From a virus, in IMG/VR virus record IMGVR_UViG_3300025073_000042, positions 15,952-79,951 of that record: a stretch of DNA of 64,000 nt; one strand, written 5' to 3'. Shown in pieces: positions 17,438 through 29,000 of this stretch. How positions within the stretch are numbered: the first letter of the stretch is position 1; each line of letters opens with the position of its first letter. Both the position numbers and the translations under genes were made by a program. The notes under the pieces are model-generated. The model did not search any database and was not told where the DNA came from. It saw only the letters and a program-made list of their open reading frames with translations.

Positions 17438-17737
17438 ATGGCTGAGAACAACGGACGCGGCAAGCGTTGGAGCACGAACGACGCAGGCCGCGTCGTCTTT
17501 CTTCTGGACGAGGGCTTTCTGCCCCTCGAATGGGAGATCACGGGGAAGGGGCGGGGGCTGCGGGCGACGGCGGTTTACGAGAACACGTCGGAGCTGCAGG
17601 CGGCGCTCGACCGCTACTTCGACACCGACAACTGCTGCCGAGTGTTCGTGGAACGCTATCGCAAGACGCTGTACCAGATGCAGAATGCGGCCGACACGGG
17701 CGACGCGCGCTGCATCGACCTTCAGCCGACGCGCTGA
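17438..17737 (+). CDS. Hypothetical protein
   Basis: SD AGAGAGGAG. Confidence 0.55.
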   Translation: MAENNGRGKRWSTNDAGRVVFLLDEGFLPLEWEITGKGRGLRATAVYENTSELQAALDRYFDTDNCCRVFVERYRKTLYQMQNAADTGDARCIDLQPTR

Positions 17738-17765
17738 GGCGCGAAACAGAAAGAGAGGTCCTACT

Positions 17766-18374
17766 GTGGGAGACCCCGAGACCGTAGATGAGGTTCGCGA
17801 CGACCGAGACCCGCAGCCGACGCCGTATGCCTTCATCGCCGGGCTGTCGGAGCGCGAGGCTGAGAAGCTGGCGGAGTTGGAGCAGGCGGCGGCCCTGGAG
17901 CCGCTGTTCGCAGCGGAGGTCGAGAAGCCGCGGGTCGCATTCCCCGGGCACCCGGATGAGTACGTGATCCTGCGGAGGCTGGACGCCTTCCAGGCTCGCA
18001 AGTGGCGGAACATTTCCTCGAGGATGAGCGCGGAGTTCCCCGACGAGGAGAGCGGCAAGCCGGCCGAGGGTCACATGCGAGCGGACCTGGGCGAGGCGTA
18101 CCTGTACCTGTGCATGGTCGGGATCGAGGAGTACAAGCTAACCCGGCCCGGCGAGGCGCAGGCGTCGCGCGGCGGGTGGAGCCGGAAGTTCGAGGGGCAG
18201 GCGGAGCGCGGGGAGATCGCCAAGGAGACGCGGGCGACGTTCGGCGCGCTGAGCCCGAAGGCCTCCGATTGGCTGGAGCGGGTGCTGATGGGCTTCAACG
18301 GCCTGACGCCGGAGCAGCGCCGCGCAAAAGCGCCTGCGTCCGACTTCTCGGCGAGTGGGGAGCCGGACGCCTGA
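17766..18374 (+). CDS. Tail assembly chaperone (G-like)
   Basis: Between tube and tape measure; GTG start after AGAGG. Confidence 0.6.
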   Translation: MGDPETVDEVRDDRDPQPTPYAFIAGLSEREAEKLAELEQAAALEPLFAAEVEKPRVAFPGHPDEYVILRRLDAFQARKWRNISSRMSAEFPDEESGKPAEGHMRADLGEAYLYLCMVGIEEYKLTRPGEAQASRGGWSRKFEGQAERGEIAKETRATFGALSPKASDWLERVLMGFNGLTPEQRRAKAPASDFSASGEPDA

Positions 18375-18691
18375 AGGACGTTCCGGCGCGTCGGCTGCCG
18401 GGCTGGTGGGAGGACGTGGCGTTGGCGGGGGCGGCGTGGGAGCAGGGGGTGCCGCCGGTCGGCACGAGCGTCGCCGACCAGAACCCGGACTTCCTGGAGG
18501 CGTTGTTCGCCTATCGGCGCGGGGTGAACGAGCGGTCGCTGCCGAAGGACCCGGACGGTAAGGCGATGCCGGAGCCTCCGCGAGACGCTGACCCGCTGGC
18601 GCAGCTCGACGAGATACAGAGAGCGCAGGAAGCCCAGGCCGCGCCCGTGAAGATCGCTCGGGCGACGGGCCGCAGGCGGAAGCCGAAGTGA
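18326..18691 (+). CDS. Tail assembly chaperone -1 frameshift extension (GT-like)
   Basis: The -1 frame is open up to the tape measure start; GVPP.G.SVADQ.P.FLEA motif; no own SD/start. Confidence 0.55.
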   Translation, partial: KSACVRLLGEWGAGRLKDVPARRLPGWWEDVALAGAAWEQGVPPVGTSVADQNPDFLEALFAYRRGVNERSLPKDPDGKAMPEPPRDADPLAQLDEIQRAQEAQAAPVKIARATGRRRKPK

Positions 18692-21600
18692 ACCCCGAAG
18701 AGTCCATGCAGATCATGTTGGAGGCCGTCGATCGCTTTGGGCCGACCTTCAACGAGTTCCAGCGCGGGATGCGACAGTTGCAGACCGGGATGCGGGCCAT
18801 GAGCGGCGGCGCCCAGCAGTCGGGTGCCGCCGTCTCGTCGTCGATGGCGCGGAGCGCGGCGGCAACGGACCGGGCGCGGGATGCGCTGGGGAAGTTCGTC
18901 TCAGGTGGGGCCAAGGCGCAGTCTACGTGGACGGCCTTTGCGGCGGGAGCCAAGAAGGGAGAACAGGCCGCCGACGCCTTTCGCGCTAAGATGTCGGGGG
19001 TACAGGAACTGGCGACCGGGCTTGATCAAGTCGCCAACAAGATGCTGATGGTCGGCGCGGCGGGCGTTGCGGGCGCGGGGCTGGCGGTAAAGTCGTTTCA
19101 GTCGTTCGACACCCCCATGCGCAACGTGAACTCCCTCGCGCAGTTGAGCGAGTCGGCGTTCGCTGACCTGGAGGAGCAGGTCCTCAAGATCGCCCAGGAC
19201 CCCCGGATCAAGGATGGGCCAGCGAGTCTAGCCGAGGGCCTGTACCAGATTCAGTCCTCAGGGTTGTCGGGGCAGGTCGCGCTGGACACGTTGCGGATTT
19301 CGTCGATGGGCGCTTCGGCAGGGCTGAGTGATACGTTCACCTCTGCCTCAGCCCTCGTCGGAATCATGAACGCCTACAACACGAAGACCGGCCCCGACGC
19401 GCAGCACATCATGGACGTGCTGTTCAAGACGGTCGATCAGGGTGTCATCACCTTCGAGCAGTTGGCCTCCTCCATCGGGCCCCTCACGTCGATGTCGGCG
19501 CAGTTGGAGATGCCGTTGGAACAGGTCGCCGCGGCCATCGTGACGTTGACGAGGGTCGGCATTCCGGTCGAGCAGGTGATGATCTCGCTGCAGGCGCTGC
19601 TCCGCGCGTTCATGTCGGCGACGCCCGACTCGGGACTCGGCAAGGCGATTGAGAACCTCACCGGGCAATCCGCCTCGGCGCTCATCAAGACGCAGGGGCT
19701 GGCCGGGGCAATCAAGGCGCTGGCGACCATCGCGGATCAACAGGGCGAGGAAGCCCTGGCGCAGATGGGTCTCGACGTGCGGACGCTGCGCGCGGTGTTC
19801 CCGCTGGCGGGGAAGTCGCTCGCCGACTTCAACGCGCAGTTGGAGGGCATGGGCGTCACGGCCGGCTGGACGGAGCGCGCCCTGTCGCAGCAGATGCAGG
19901 CTTCGTCCTGGCAGACGGCGCAGTTCAAGAAGCAGATGGAGATTCTCGGGGTGCAGTTTGGGAAGTTCATCGACGAGGGGCTCATGCCCCTCATCAAGGG
20001 CGTCAACAACCTGTTGGCTGTCTTCATCGGTTTGCCGGATTGGGCGAAGAAGCTCATCGCCCGGCTCGCGGGGACCGGCGGGTTGATCTTCCTGTTCGCC
20101 GCGTTGGCCGTGAAGCTCGTCGCAACCGCGATCAACACCGGGCTTGCCATCGTTGCCGGCTGGAAGTACATCGCAACCCTGAAGACCGAGGCAATGGCGG
20201 CGCTCAAGACGGCGGCGGCCAACAAGGCCCTCGCAGCGGCCCGTGCTCAGGCAGCTCAGGCCGCTGCAGCGCACGCGGGATCATCGGCAGCGGCGACAAC
20301 CTCCAAAACCGGGGGCGCCGGGCTGGGAGCCGGCATGGGCTTTGGGGGAGTAGCGACCATCGGCTTGACAGCCTTCGCGGTGAGCATGGCAGGGATGTGG
20401 GAGGCGACGGTTGGGAAGGACATCGAGCAGCTCGACAAGTCGATCCAGAATCTCGATAGTGCTATCAGTGAGGCCTCCGCTCGCGGGTTGCAGACAAGTG
20501 GAATTGAGGCTGGGGAAAACGCCTCGCCCAACTTCTGGAATACGCTGTTCGGTCCCTGGACAGATGTCTGGCGGCGCGGCCCGTTCCGAGAAAGTGAGAC
20601 TTCGAGCACCGGCCCCATCACGCGGGGCGCTGCTCCGGAAACTGCGAAGGACATGCGCGAACGGGTGAAGGCCGCCTCGGAGAAGGCGACCCAGCAGGAG
20701 ATGGCGCTCCTGCAAGCACAGGTGCGAGCGGGCGCCGTAGACGCGCTGAAGATCGACGAGAAGCGCGCGCAGATGCTCGAATCCATGCGCACACAGTGGG
20801 TGGCGATGACCGACGAGCAGCGCAAGTCGGAAGATGGCATGAAGCTCCAGATCGACGCCTGGGGGTTGTACGGCGACAACCTCGAGGCGACGAAGAAGCG
20901 GACGGAGGCGCTCGCCGCGGCAGAGCAAAAGCGCCACGAAGAGGCCGTCAAGGCCCTGAACGACGAACTCGCCCTGATGTCCGGGCGGATCAACGTCATG
21001 TCGGCATACACGGATATGCTGGAGGCCGCCGGGGCCTCGAAGACGACCATTGGCCAGGCGAAGGCCGGGATCGAGCGCGGTTACTGGCAGCAGGCCCAGC
21101 AGTTGCAGGCCGCCGCGCGTTCGCCGTTGCTGAGCCCCGTCGAGCGGCTCGAAAAGCAGTCTGGCGCGTGGCAGGCCGTGACGAACGCGATCAACGTCTT
21201 CAAGCAGGAGCGCGAGGCCCTGCAAGACGCCGAAGAGAAGCTGATGGAGCAGGTCTCCGACCCGACCTTCTATCTGGGGGAGCAACTCGAAGCCTCCCGC
21301 CGGTCGATCGACGCGCTGACGCAAGCAGACCAAGATCAGACGGCGGCGATGAACGAGAGCATCGACGCCTACCAGCAGGCGATGGATGTCTGGTTCGGCA
21401 AGCAACCCATCATGGGCAACGTCATGCAGATGGCGCAGGCGCAGCAGGCGCGGAACATCGCTGGCGGGATGGACGTGTCGCAGCTTCGAGCCTACGGAGC
21501 CAATCCACAGATGCAGTCCACCGAGCAGATGATCCAGACCGCCTCGGAGCATCCTGGTATTCGGGCACGAGCGCAGGGCAGCATGTACGGGATGTCGGTT

Positions 21601-22011
21601 ACTGACATCGACCGTCTCGCGCGTCAGCGGATGCAAGAGGGAATCGTCGCCCCCAACGTGCAGGCCGCCCAGGAGCGCCAGAAGACCTTCGAGTCCTGGG
21701 CGCAGGCCCGCGAGGCGGAGGCGGCGCAAAGCGCCAACCTCATCCAGGCCAAGATCGATGAGGCGAACGCAAGCAAGGCCCTGGCTGCGTACCTGATGCA
21801 GCTTCAGGACTACATGACTGCTCGCACCGGGCTCGCCGCCGCGGGCAAGCCTGCCGGGCCTCAGCCGCCGGGCATGACCGAGGGGGCGCAGGCGATGGCG
21901 TGGGCGCTGATGCAGGGCGTCTACGCAGCGCAGCAGGCGCGTGCTTACGAGGAGTCCCGCACCGGCGCCCTGGCCGGCGTCGGCCAGCCGTCGAGCATGG
22001 GGCGGCAGTGA
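18688..22011 (+). CDS. Tape measure protein (TP901-like core)
   Basis: 1107 aa helical, Ala-rich; FDT.MRNV.SL, LAEGLYQIQSSG and DVLFKTVD.G.ITFEQLA. Confidence 0.9.
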   Translation: MNPEESMQIMLEAVDRFGPTFNEFQRGMRQLQTGMRAMSGGAQQSGAAVSSSMARSAAATDRARDALGKFVSGGAKAQSTWTAFAAGAKKGEQAADAFRAKMSGVQELATGLDQVANKMLMVGAAGVAGAGLAVKSFQSFDTPMRNVNSLAQLSESAFADLEEQVLKIAQDPRIKDGPASLAEGLYQIQSSGLSGQVALDTLRISSMGASAGLSDTFTSASALVGIMNAYNTKTGPDAQHIMDVLFKTVDQGVITFEQLASSIGPLTSMSAQLEMPLEQVAAAIVTLTRVGIPVEQVMISLQALLRAFMSATPDSGLGKAIENLTGQSASALIKTQGLAGAIKALATIADQQGEEALAQMGLDVRTLRAVFPLAGKSLADFNAQLEGMGVTAGWTERALSQQMQASSWQTAQFKKQMEILGVQFGKFIDEGLMPLIKGVNNLLAVFIGLPDWAKKLIARLAGTGGLIFLFAALAVKLVATAINTGLAIVAGWKYIATLKTEAMAALKTAAANKALAAARAQAAQAAAAHAGSSAAATTSKTGGAGLGAGMGFGGVATIGLTAFAVSMAGMWEATVGKDIEQLDKSIQNLDSAISEASARGLQTSGIEAGENASPNFWNTLFGPWTDVWRRGPFRESETSSTGPITRGAAPETAKDMRERVKAASEKATQQEMALLQAQVRAGAVDALKIDEKRAQMLESMRTQWVAMTDEQRKSEDGMKLQIDAWGLYGDNLEATKKRTEALAAAEQKRHEEAVKALNDELALMSGRINVMSAYTDMLEAAGASKTTIGQAKAGIERGYWQQAQQLQAAARSPLLSPVERLEKQSGAWQAVTNAINVFKQEREALQDAEEKLMEQVSDPTFYLGEQLEASRRSIDALTQADQDQTAAMNESIDAYQQAMDVWFGKQPIMGNVMQMAQAQQARNIAGGMDVSQLRAYGANPQMQSTEQMIQTASEHPGIRARAQGSMYGMSVTDIDRLARQRMQEGIVAPNVQAAQERQKTFESWAQAREAEAAQSANLIQAKIDEANASKALAAYLMQLQDYMTARTGLAAAGKPAGPQPPGMTEGAQAMAWALMQGVYAAQQARAYEESRTGALAGVGQPSSMGRQ

Positions 22012-22157
22012 GCGGGGCAGGTCCTCGGGACCTTCATAACCGCCTCGGGCCTGTGGGCGCTGCTGATCCACAAGAGTACGTCGGCGGCGAACGAGGCTGC
22101 GAAGCCGCAACCGGAGTAGCCGCCCGGCTGCACGGGCGGGATGGAGGAGGGAGTAGT

Positions 22158-22508
22158 ATGGCACAGTGGCACACAGCGGAAGCGACGCGGGCGGGGCTCA
22201 ACGTGGTCATCCACTTCCTCGTGCCCGCCGGGAACAATGCGGTCGGCGTCTCGTGGAAGACGGCGGCCCTGAAGGCCGGGCTGTCGGGCGGAACGCCGTC
22301 GAAGTGGGCCGACGCGGGGGAGGCGGCGGCTATCGCGGACGGGTCGGTGATCGAGCTGCGGATCGAGGTGCAGCTTGATCGCAGCCAGACGATGGCGGTG
22401 CAGAAGGCAGCGGTCCAGGCAGCCGTGACCCGCGCGATTGCTGCGCGGAAGGCCGAGTGGACGGAGACGCTGAAGCACGCTGGTTTCGCAGAAGGGACGG
22501 TGGTCTAG
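22158..22508 (+). CDS. Hypothetical virion protein
   Basis: SD GGAGGAGG. Confidence 0.6.
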   Translation: MAQWHTAEATRAGLNVVIHFLVPAGNNAVGVSWKTAALKAGLSGGTPSKWADAGEAAAIADGSVIELRIEVQLDRSQTMAVQKAAVQAAVTRAIAARKAEWTETLKHAGFAEGTVV

Positions 22509-23108
22509 GTGGCAAAGACGACCACGACGACGCTGCTGCAGGAGTGGACGCAAGTCGCCGCGCAGGCCATTGTGCACAGCGGCGAGGCGGCAATCGATGC
22601 CGCCTACGATAACTGGCTGCACTTGCAGGTGGGTCTCGACTCCGCAACCCCCCATGCCGGCACGAAGTTTGTCGTGCAGGTCTCCAGCGCAGCCGAAGGT
22701 GATGAGGACTGGCATGAATTGTTCCCACTCCCCATCCTGTGCGTCGGCACGGCGGCGGCCGAGGCGTTGGCGGCAACAGAGCCACAGGGCGAGACCGTCA
22801 TCGCGGTCGCGGACACGACGGGCTTCACGACCTACGGCATCTTCCTGTTCCTCAAGGACAACGTGATCGCCGACTCGGAGATTGTGGAGCAGAAGTCGCA
22901 CGTCGCCAACACCAGCATTACGCTCCTGGACGGGCTGACCAACGAGCACACGGCGGCGGATGCGCTTTGGAACATCGCCGACTCGCGGGCTTGGCTGATC
23001 GGCGGCGGGTGCGGGAAGCGCGTGCGCGTCGTCGTGGACAACAACTACGACTCGGGCGCGAGCACGTTCTGCTACCGCGCTCAACTCGTGCAGGTGCCGA
23101 CACTGTGA
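22509..23108 (+). CDS. Hypothetical virion protein
   Basis: Abuts previous stop; beta-rich and acidic. Confidence 0.6.
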   Translation: MAKTTTTTLLQEWTQVAAQAIVHSGEAAIDAAYDNWLHLQVGLDSATPHAGTKFVVQVSSAAEGDEDWHELFPLPILCVGTAAAEALAATEPQGETVIAVADTTGFTTYGIFLFLKDNVIADSEIVEQKSHVANTSITLLDGLTNEHTAADALWNIADSRAWLIGGGCGKRVRVVVDNNYDSGASTFCYRAQLVQVPTL

Positions 23109-23905
23109 TCTATCGCCCCTGGACCGGCCAGAACAAGCCGCCGCGAGGCGCGCGCCCGATACCGGGGCACGCGCTGACGCCTACGGCTGCGTGGCTGTGC
23201 AATGAGAGGTCAGGGCCTCTCGTCGCGGATGCGATGCGGACTGGTAGCGATGGGGCGGCTACGGCGGGGTATTCATGGGATGCCGATAGTCTCTACCTGA
23301 ACCAAAAGTACGTCGATGTCGGAAATGGGTGGCCGTTTGCCTGGACAGGTAGCATCTCGTTGGTGCTGTTTGCCCAGCGTCAATGGGACTCCTCGAGGTG
23401 GCTGTTCGGGAAATGCGGCACGATCGGGGAGAGATCGTTTGGCCTGTTAAACGCATCAGCCACAAGCGTCGCAATGTACGTGGCTCCCAACGCCACTGCA
23501 CTTACATTTCGCACATCGGGGACGGGCGGGTCGCTTGGCGCATGGGAGCACATCGTAGGAGTTTACAATGCAGTGGCGCGGACGTTGGACGTTTACCGGA
23601 ATGGGGTGCTGGACAACGGTAGTCTGTCGGGTACAGTCCCGGCTGCTCAGTACGTTGCCAATGGGCGCAACGTATGCCTCGGAGCCGGGGGATCGGGATA
23701 TAGCCCGAGCGTGATGTATTTGGGCCACGCGGCGTATGTCCAAAGAGCCCTGTCGGCGACCGAAATTGCTGCTATGGCCGCCCAACCCTACTCCTGGCTC
23801 GGCGTCCCTGACCTCGCGAGCATGGGGAAGGCGATACCGGCGGCAGCAGGCGTCTACCCGATCTTCGGCGGAGAACATGTCATTCAAGGAGCGTGGCAGC
23901 TATGA
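23105..23905 (+). CDS. LamG / concanavalin A-like lectin-domain tail protein
   Basis: WEHIVGVYN......DVYRNG and YVQRALSATEI..MA. Confidence 0.8.
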   Translation: MIYRPWTGQNKPPRGARPIPGHALTPTAAWLCNERSGPLVADAMRTGSDGAATAGYSWDADSLYLNQKYVDVGNGWPFAWTGSISLVLFAQRQWDSSRWLFGKCGTIGERSFGLLNASATSVAMYVAPNATALTFRTSGTGGSLGAWEHIVGVYNAVARTLDVYRNGVLDNGSLSGTVPAAQYVANGRNVCLGAGGSGYSPSVMYLGHAAYVQRALSATEIAAMAAQPYSWLGVPDLASMGKAIPAAAGVYPIFGGEHVIQGAWQL

Positions 23906-24231
23906 ACGGTGTGCCGAAACTAGGGAACACGCTCTACTTCTCATTCACGACGCGCCACCCGGACACGGGGGCAATGAGAGACTCCGATCCCCCGCCGACG
24001 TGCAAAGTCTACGAGGGCACAACCAACATTGCGATCTTGAACCCAACCGTTGTCAGGGTGGCTGCGGGTCACTACTGTGTTCCAGTCGAAGCGACAGCAG
24101 ACAACGGGTTCGGTGTCGGGAGGTCCTACAACGTGCTGGCGGAGGCGGCGGTCAAGCTCACCGCGCGAGGAATTGTGGGGCAGTTCGCGCTGGTAGCGGA
24201 TGGAGCGTCTACCGCGCAAGGAGCGTGTTAA
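23902..24231 (+). CDS. Small virion protein, paralog of the next gene's N-terminal domain
   Basis: MNG.PKLGNTLY..F.T..P.TGA..D.D..PTC.VYE shared with the 24234 gene. Confidence 0.7.
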   Translation: MNGVPKLGNTLYFSFTTRHPDTGAMRDSDPPPTCKVYEGTTNIAILNPTVVRVAAGHYCVPVEATADNGFGVGRSYNVLAEAAVKLTARGIVGQFALVADGASTAQGAC

Positions 24232-24233
24232 CC

Positions 24234-25388
24234 ATGAACGGGATACCAAAGCTAGGGAACACGCTCTATCTCTTCTTCGCCACGCACAATCCGAGTACGG
24301 GTGCGGTGAGCGACGCTGACTCCACACCGACCTGCGATGTCTACGAGGACGCGACTGACGTTGCGATTCTGAGCCCAACGGTAGTCAAGGTGGCTACGGG
24401 CCGCTACCGTGTTCCGATTGCAGCGACGGAGGGAAACGGGTTCGAGGCCGAGAAGTCCTACAACGCGGTCGCGGCGGCGACGGTCAACAGCATCACTGCG
24501 AATGCGGTTGTGGGGCAGTTCACGTTGGCGGCGGCGGATACGGATGACATTGTGACGCAGGGAGACGCGGCGTGGATCACGGCTACCGGGTTCGAGCCTG
24601 CGGGTGCGGCGGCAGCAGCGGTCGCGACGTTGAACAATCTCTCATCTCAGGGAGCCCGCGACGCCATGAAGCTCGCCCCGACCGCAGGCGACCCCGAGGC
24701 AGGCAGCGTGGACAAGCACCTGGATGACATCCTGGAAGACACCAGCACTACCCTCCCCGCACTCATCAACGCCCTCGGCCCCGGCACCGGCGACAAGACG
24801 GTCAACGTGACGGTGACTGCCGGAGCCCTGGCCGCGGGCGCCACGGTCTCGATCTCAGCTACAGCCACAGGTGCTGTGATCGCACGCGCCACGGCCAACA
24901 GCCTTGGCGTCGCGACTCTGCACCTCAACGCCGGCTCCTACTTCTACCACGCGCACGGCGTCGTGGGCTACACGCACACTCCTGCGGCGTTCACGGTCGC
25001 GGCGAGCCCGACCGTGCAAGCCTTCGCGATCACAATGACGGAGTTCGTGGTCGCCGCGGCGACGGACCCGTCGCTCCGCCGCGTGTGGATGCGTATCTGG
25101 CGAGCGGATGGCGAGTACGTCACGGGAACTCCGGCGTTCACGGTTCACCTGGACGTAGCGTGCAAGTACGAGGACGGTCGGCTCGGCGATCGACGAACGG
25201 TCGGATCGACCGACGCGGCGGATCACTCCTATGCCTACGCGGACCTGCTGCCCACGGACGCGCTGACGCCGGTCACTGCCGGGGACACGGTGGTGTATCG
25301 CGTGCAGATTCACGAGACGGGCGAGGAGGAGACGTTCGCCTTGCCGACGGGCGACCTGTCATCCGTCGAGTTGGCCTCGCTGATCTGA
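24234..25388 (+). CDS. Tail/adsorption-related structural protein
   Basis: Ala/Thr-rich, Ig-like/carboxypeptidase-regulatory-like segments. Confidence 0.65.
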   Translation: MNGIPKLGNTLYLFFATHNPSTGAVSDADSTPTCDVYEDATDVAILSPTVVKVATGRYRVPIAATEGNGFEAEKSYNAVAAATVNSITANAVVGQFTLAAADTDDIVTQGDAAWITATGFEPAGAAAAAVATLNNLSSQGARDAMKLAPTAGDPEAGSVDKHLDDILEDTSTTLPALINALGPGTGDKTVNVTVTAGALAAGATVSISATATGAVIARATANSLGVATLHLNAGSYFYHAHGVVGYTHTPAAFTVAASPTVQAFAITMTEFVVAAATDPSLRRVWMRIWRADGEYVTGTPAFTVHLDVACKYEDGRLGDRRTVGSTDAADHSYAYADLLPTDALTPVTAGDTVVYRVQIHETGEEETFALPTGDLSSVELASLI

Positions 25389-25641
25389 GCGCGCGGAAGC
25401 CGCGCACAGCCATTCTACGGGGCGTTTCTGAGCCGAGGGCGTCCTTGGGCCACTTAGGGGCCGGAAGCGGCGCGGCAGGGCTCCCGGGCCGAACCAGATA
25501 GTTTACAGGGAGAGGATGCGGGGTATACTATGGATGCCCTGGCAGGCGCGCCTCAGAATCGTACAACCGGCCCCATCCCTCCGCGGCGCGCCTGCCAGGG
25601 CCGCCGAGCGGGGATGGGGCCTGCCGATTCTGAGGAGGTGT

Positions 25642-26004
25642 ATGATGCAGACGCGCGGACGTTCGTCCTACGTGACGCTGAACGTGGTGTGGCTGTTGGC
25701 GGTGGTGTTCGCGGGGTTCCTGGCGGGGATGGCGTTCCAGTCGTTCGGGGACTCGCGGGCGGCGGCTGACGATGAGGTCTTCACCTGCGTGAAGTGCGGC
25801 GAGGTCGTCACGGAGCAGGCGGTGGTACTGCACACGAAGTGCCGTTCCGACGAAAAGCGCGCACTTGGGATGAGCGAAGCTGGTAAGCAACTAACGAAGA
25901 CACTGCGAGCTCAGATGGATCAGGAGTTGAGCCGTGGCGGCCAGAACAGCAATCACGCTGGGGGGCGCATGGAGCGCGACTCTGGAGGTCCTAAACCAGA
26001 GTGA
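25642..26004 (+). CDS. Membrane-anchored small protein with CxxC..H..C (moron-like)
   Basis: N-terminal TM segment; SD GAGGAGG; upstream TTTACA-16-TATACT (25502-25529). Confidence 0.55.
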   Translation: MMQTRGRSSYVTLNVVWLLAVVFAGFLAGMAFQSFGDSRAAADDEVFTCVKCGEVVTEQAVVLHTKCRSDEKRALGMSEAGKQLTKTLRAQMDQELSRGGQNSNHAGGRMERDSGGPKPE

Positions 26005-29000
26005 CGCGGCGGCAGTAGCACCCCCTCCAGCACAATCAGTAGGTCTTGCAGCGGTTGGGTGCGCTGCTGCGATTACCGCCAACTCGACGCCCGTTGGTGT
26101 TTATGCTCCGCTCACATCGGCCCCTGGTTCCGAGTACCCCGGGCACTACTGGGGATCGTACTGGTATACCTTCAGGGTTTCGGCTTCTGCCCCGTCTGAC
26201 GGTCCATACACGGTAGACTATCAAGTGTGGCTGGGTGACGGTTGGGTCGTACTCGGCTCCCCTCCGACTGGTTCCCCTCCGAATCCGATCACCGGAGACC
26301 TCGCTGTCACCGTCGCCATCACCCTCACCGGCGTCTACCCCAAGGCCTGGGCCACCGACGCAGCCCCCGCCGCCCGGGGCTTCCTCTGGTTCGGCGATAG
26401 GTCCTCGGGCTACTCCTGGTACGCCGATGCGGACTCGGTCGTCACCATCACCGCAACCGGCCCCGACTCCACGGTCCTGACCGCCTCGGGCGCGCTCGCG
26501 GGCGCGGGAGGAGAACTCAACCTCGGCATCGCCCCGTGGCTGCTCTCTTGTACCCTCGCCTGCAACCGCTTCCCGTCGGGCGATACCACCTACGCGCGGG
26601 TCTCGGACCTGAAGTGGGGGACGCACTCGCTGCAGGCCATCGCCGACCTCTACAACCCCGGCAGCGGAGACGAACCCAACCCCGTCAACAACCCTGACTG
26701 GACACGGGCCGGCAGCGCGGGCACGGACTTCCGCGTCGGCCCCGACGGGAGCATGGGGATGTGGTGTGAGGCGGCTTCGGCGAGCCCCTCGTCCTGCCTG
26801 TGGATTCTCGGCCCGCCGAGGCGCGTGACTTTCAAGCCTGCGACGGGCTTCTTCGATGACAACGTGGCCGCCGAACCGCCCATCGAAGTGAGTGGAACGC
26901 CCGTCGCGTGGGCGGGTAGCCCACCCGCCGCCTCGCCCGATCCGTTCACCGGGACTGAGACCTTCGAGGAGACGGGCGGGGATACGTCTAGATTCTTGTT
27001 CGAGTGGTCCAGGTTCAGTGGCCCGACGATGGCCCTCTCCGTCACCGACGCTTGGCGCACGGACAACGGGGAGGACGTTGACCGGGGGGACCCTGATGAC
27101 CCGGACAATCCAACCACTGACCAGGACGACAAGAAGTGCGCCCTCTACCTGCACCCCATCGACGTGACGAACCTCAACGGCATCCCCTGGGACGAGTGGG
27201 GGACGTTCCTCACGATCACGCCCGAGGGGAACCTCGGCGTCGTCAAGCCCGCCGGAGTGAGCCGTCCCGCGAACTGGGTTGGCAGTGGAGGCCTGACGCC
27301 AGACGAGACGACCAACGATCTCTGGCATGTGGCTGCCGCGTCCTCCGCGCCGAAGGCGACGCTGACCATCGCCGAACGCTTCACCAGCCGCATGACCCGC
27401 ATGTTCGATCACGCCGACGACGACCCGTGGCCGTACCACTGGGAGTGGGGGTTCCAGTACAACCGCGCCAACCCTCCGACGGCCATCGAGGAACTGCTCG
27501 ACCCCGAGGCGTACCGCTTCCCTGAGAACATCTGGCACTGGAAGAATCGCGGCGCAGGTCGCCTGGACATCACGGCCCCTCGCGCGGGGACCGTCGTCCT
27601 GACCGTGAACTACAAGATTCCGGTCTTCGACTTCCCGTTCTACGCGGGCGGCGAGTGGAACTGGGGGCCGGACAGCCCTTCGTCGCTGAGTTGGGTGACG
27701 GGCACGGTCTCGTGGAACGTGGCCGTCGAGGTAGGCGCGAACACCGTCACTTTCGACCTCGCGCTGCCGAACACGGGAGACTACGACCCGCAGCTCCACG
27801 TTGTCACGAGCATCGAGGTGCTGTTGCCCGCCGCGACCGAGGCCGAAGACTGGACCCTCTCTGAAATCACGCTGCTCCCTCGCGACCCGAACGCGCTCTC
27901 GCGCAACGAGGGCGAGAACTACCACCACGTCTGGTCGATGTTCGACCCCTACAACTGGGCGGCGGACTTCACGGGATTCAGGGGCCTACTCTCCGGCAGG
28001 CGCATCCTGGCGATACCGTCGGGGCAGGATGGTATGGTCGGCGTCGAGACCGCGCTGATGATCCGGCAGAAGCGGAGACATGACCCGGACTCCGAGGCGA
28101 CCGGCGTCCTTGACTACGCGAAGGCGGCCAGCACGACGGCTGCTGAGATCGGCTACCAGGAAGGTCTGCTCTGCGAATACGCGGACCCGACGCCGGAAGT
28201 CGGGGCGCACAACCGGGACGCCGACTTGAACCAGTTCGTGGCCTCGTTCCGCGCCTTCGACCTGCGGCACACGCACGAGTTCCAGGGCGACGGCGCGGTG
28301 AACATCACGGGCTGCCCCAAGGTCGTGAGCATCGCCGTACCCTACGGGCTCTGCGGGCTCGACGGGGACGATGCGGACGAAGGCGTGGTCGTCTACTACG
28401 ACAAGTACCCACGCGGGCGCGAACAGGGGTTGGGGTTCAGCGGACGGTCGGGGCGGGCTCGACGAACGGGGACAGTCTACCTCTGGAAACGCCCTCTCGC
28501 GGGCGGCGCATGGGAACTCACGACATTCTCTGCCGTGCCTGACAGGTTTGGTCGCTGGAACCTCGGGCCGGACAAGGAGAAGGGCTGGGAGTACGGGGTC
28601 ACGGACAGTTCAACCACGTCCCCGGACTCGGGAAGCGAGTTCCGCAACCGCGAGTACGTCTGGTTCACGATCACCCTCGCCGGCGCCAAGTCCCTCGACC
28701 ACCTCCGTGATCTCGAGGGTCGCATCCAGGTGTACTACGAGAATACGGACGGGCAGCTCGTGCGCCGCTGGTACACGCCGACCGAGGACGCCTACGCCGA
28801 GACCATCCTCTGGCCGGCGCAGACCACGGACAGCCATCCGAACATCATGCGGACGGCCGGCAGCTCGGCGCTCACGCTGCTGTTCATTCGCGACGCGGAT
28901 GCGGTGCTGGTCGTAGAGAGCCTTGACAACGGGCGGACTTGGGGTGATCCTCTGAGCATCGCAACCGGCTACACCATCGCCGAGGCCGAGATCGACGGGC

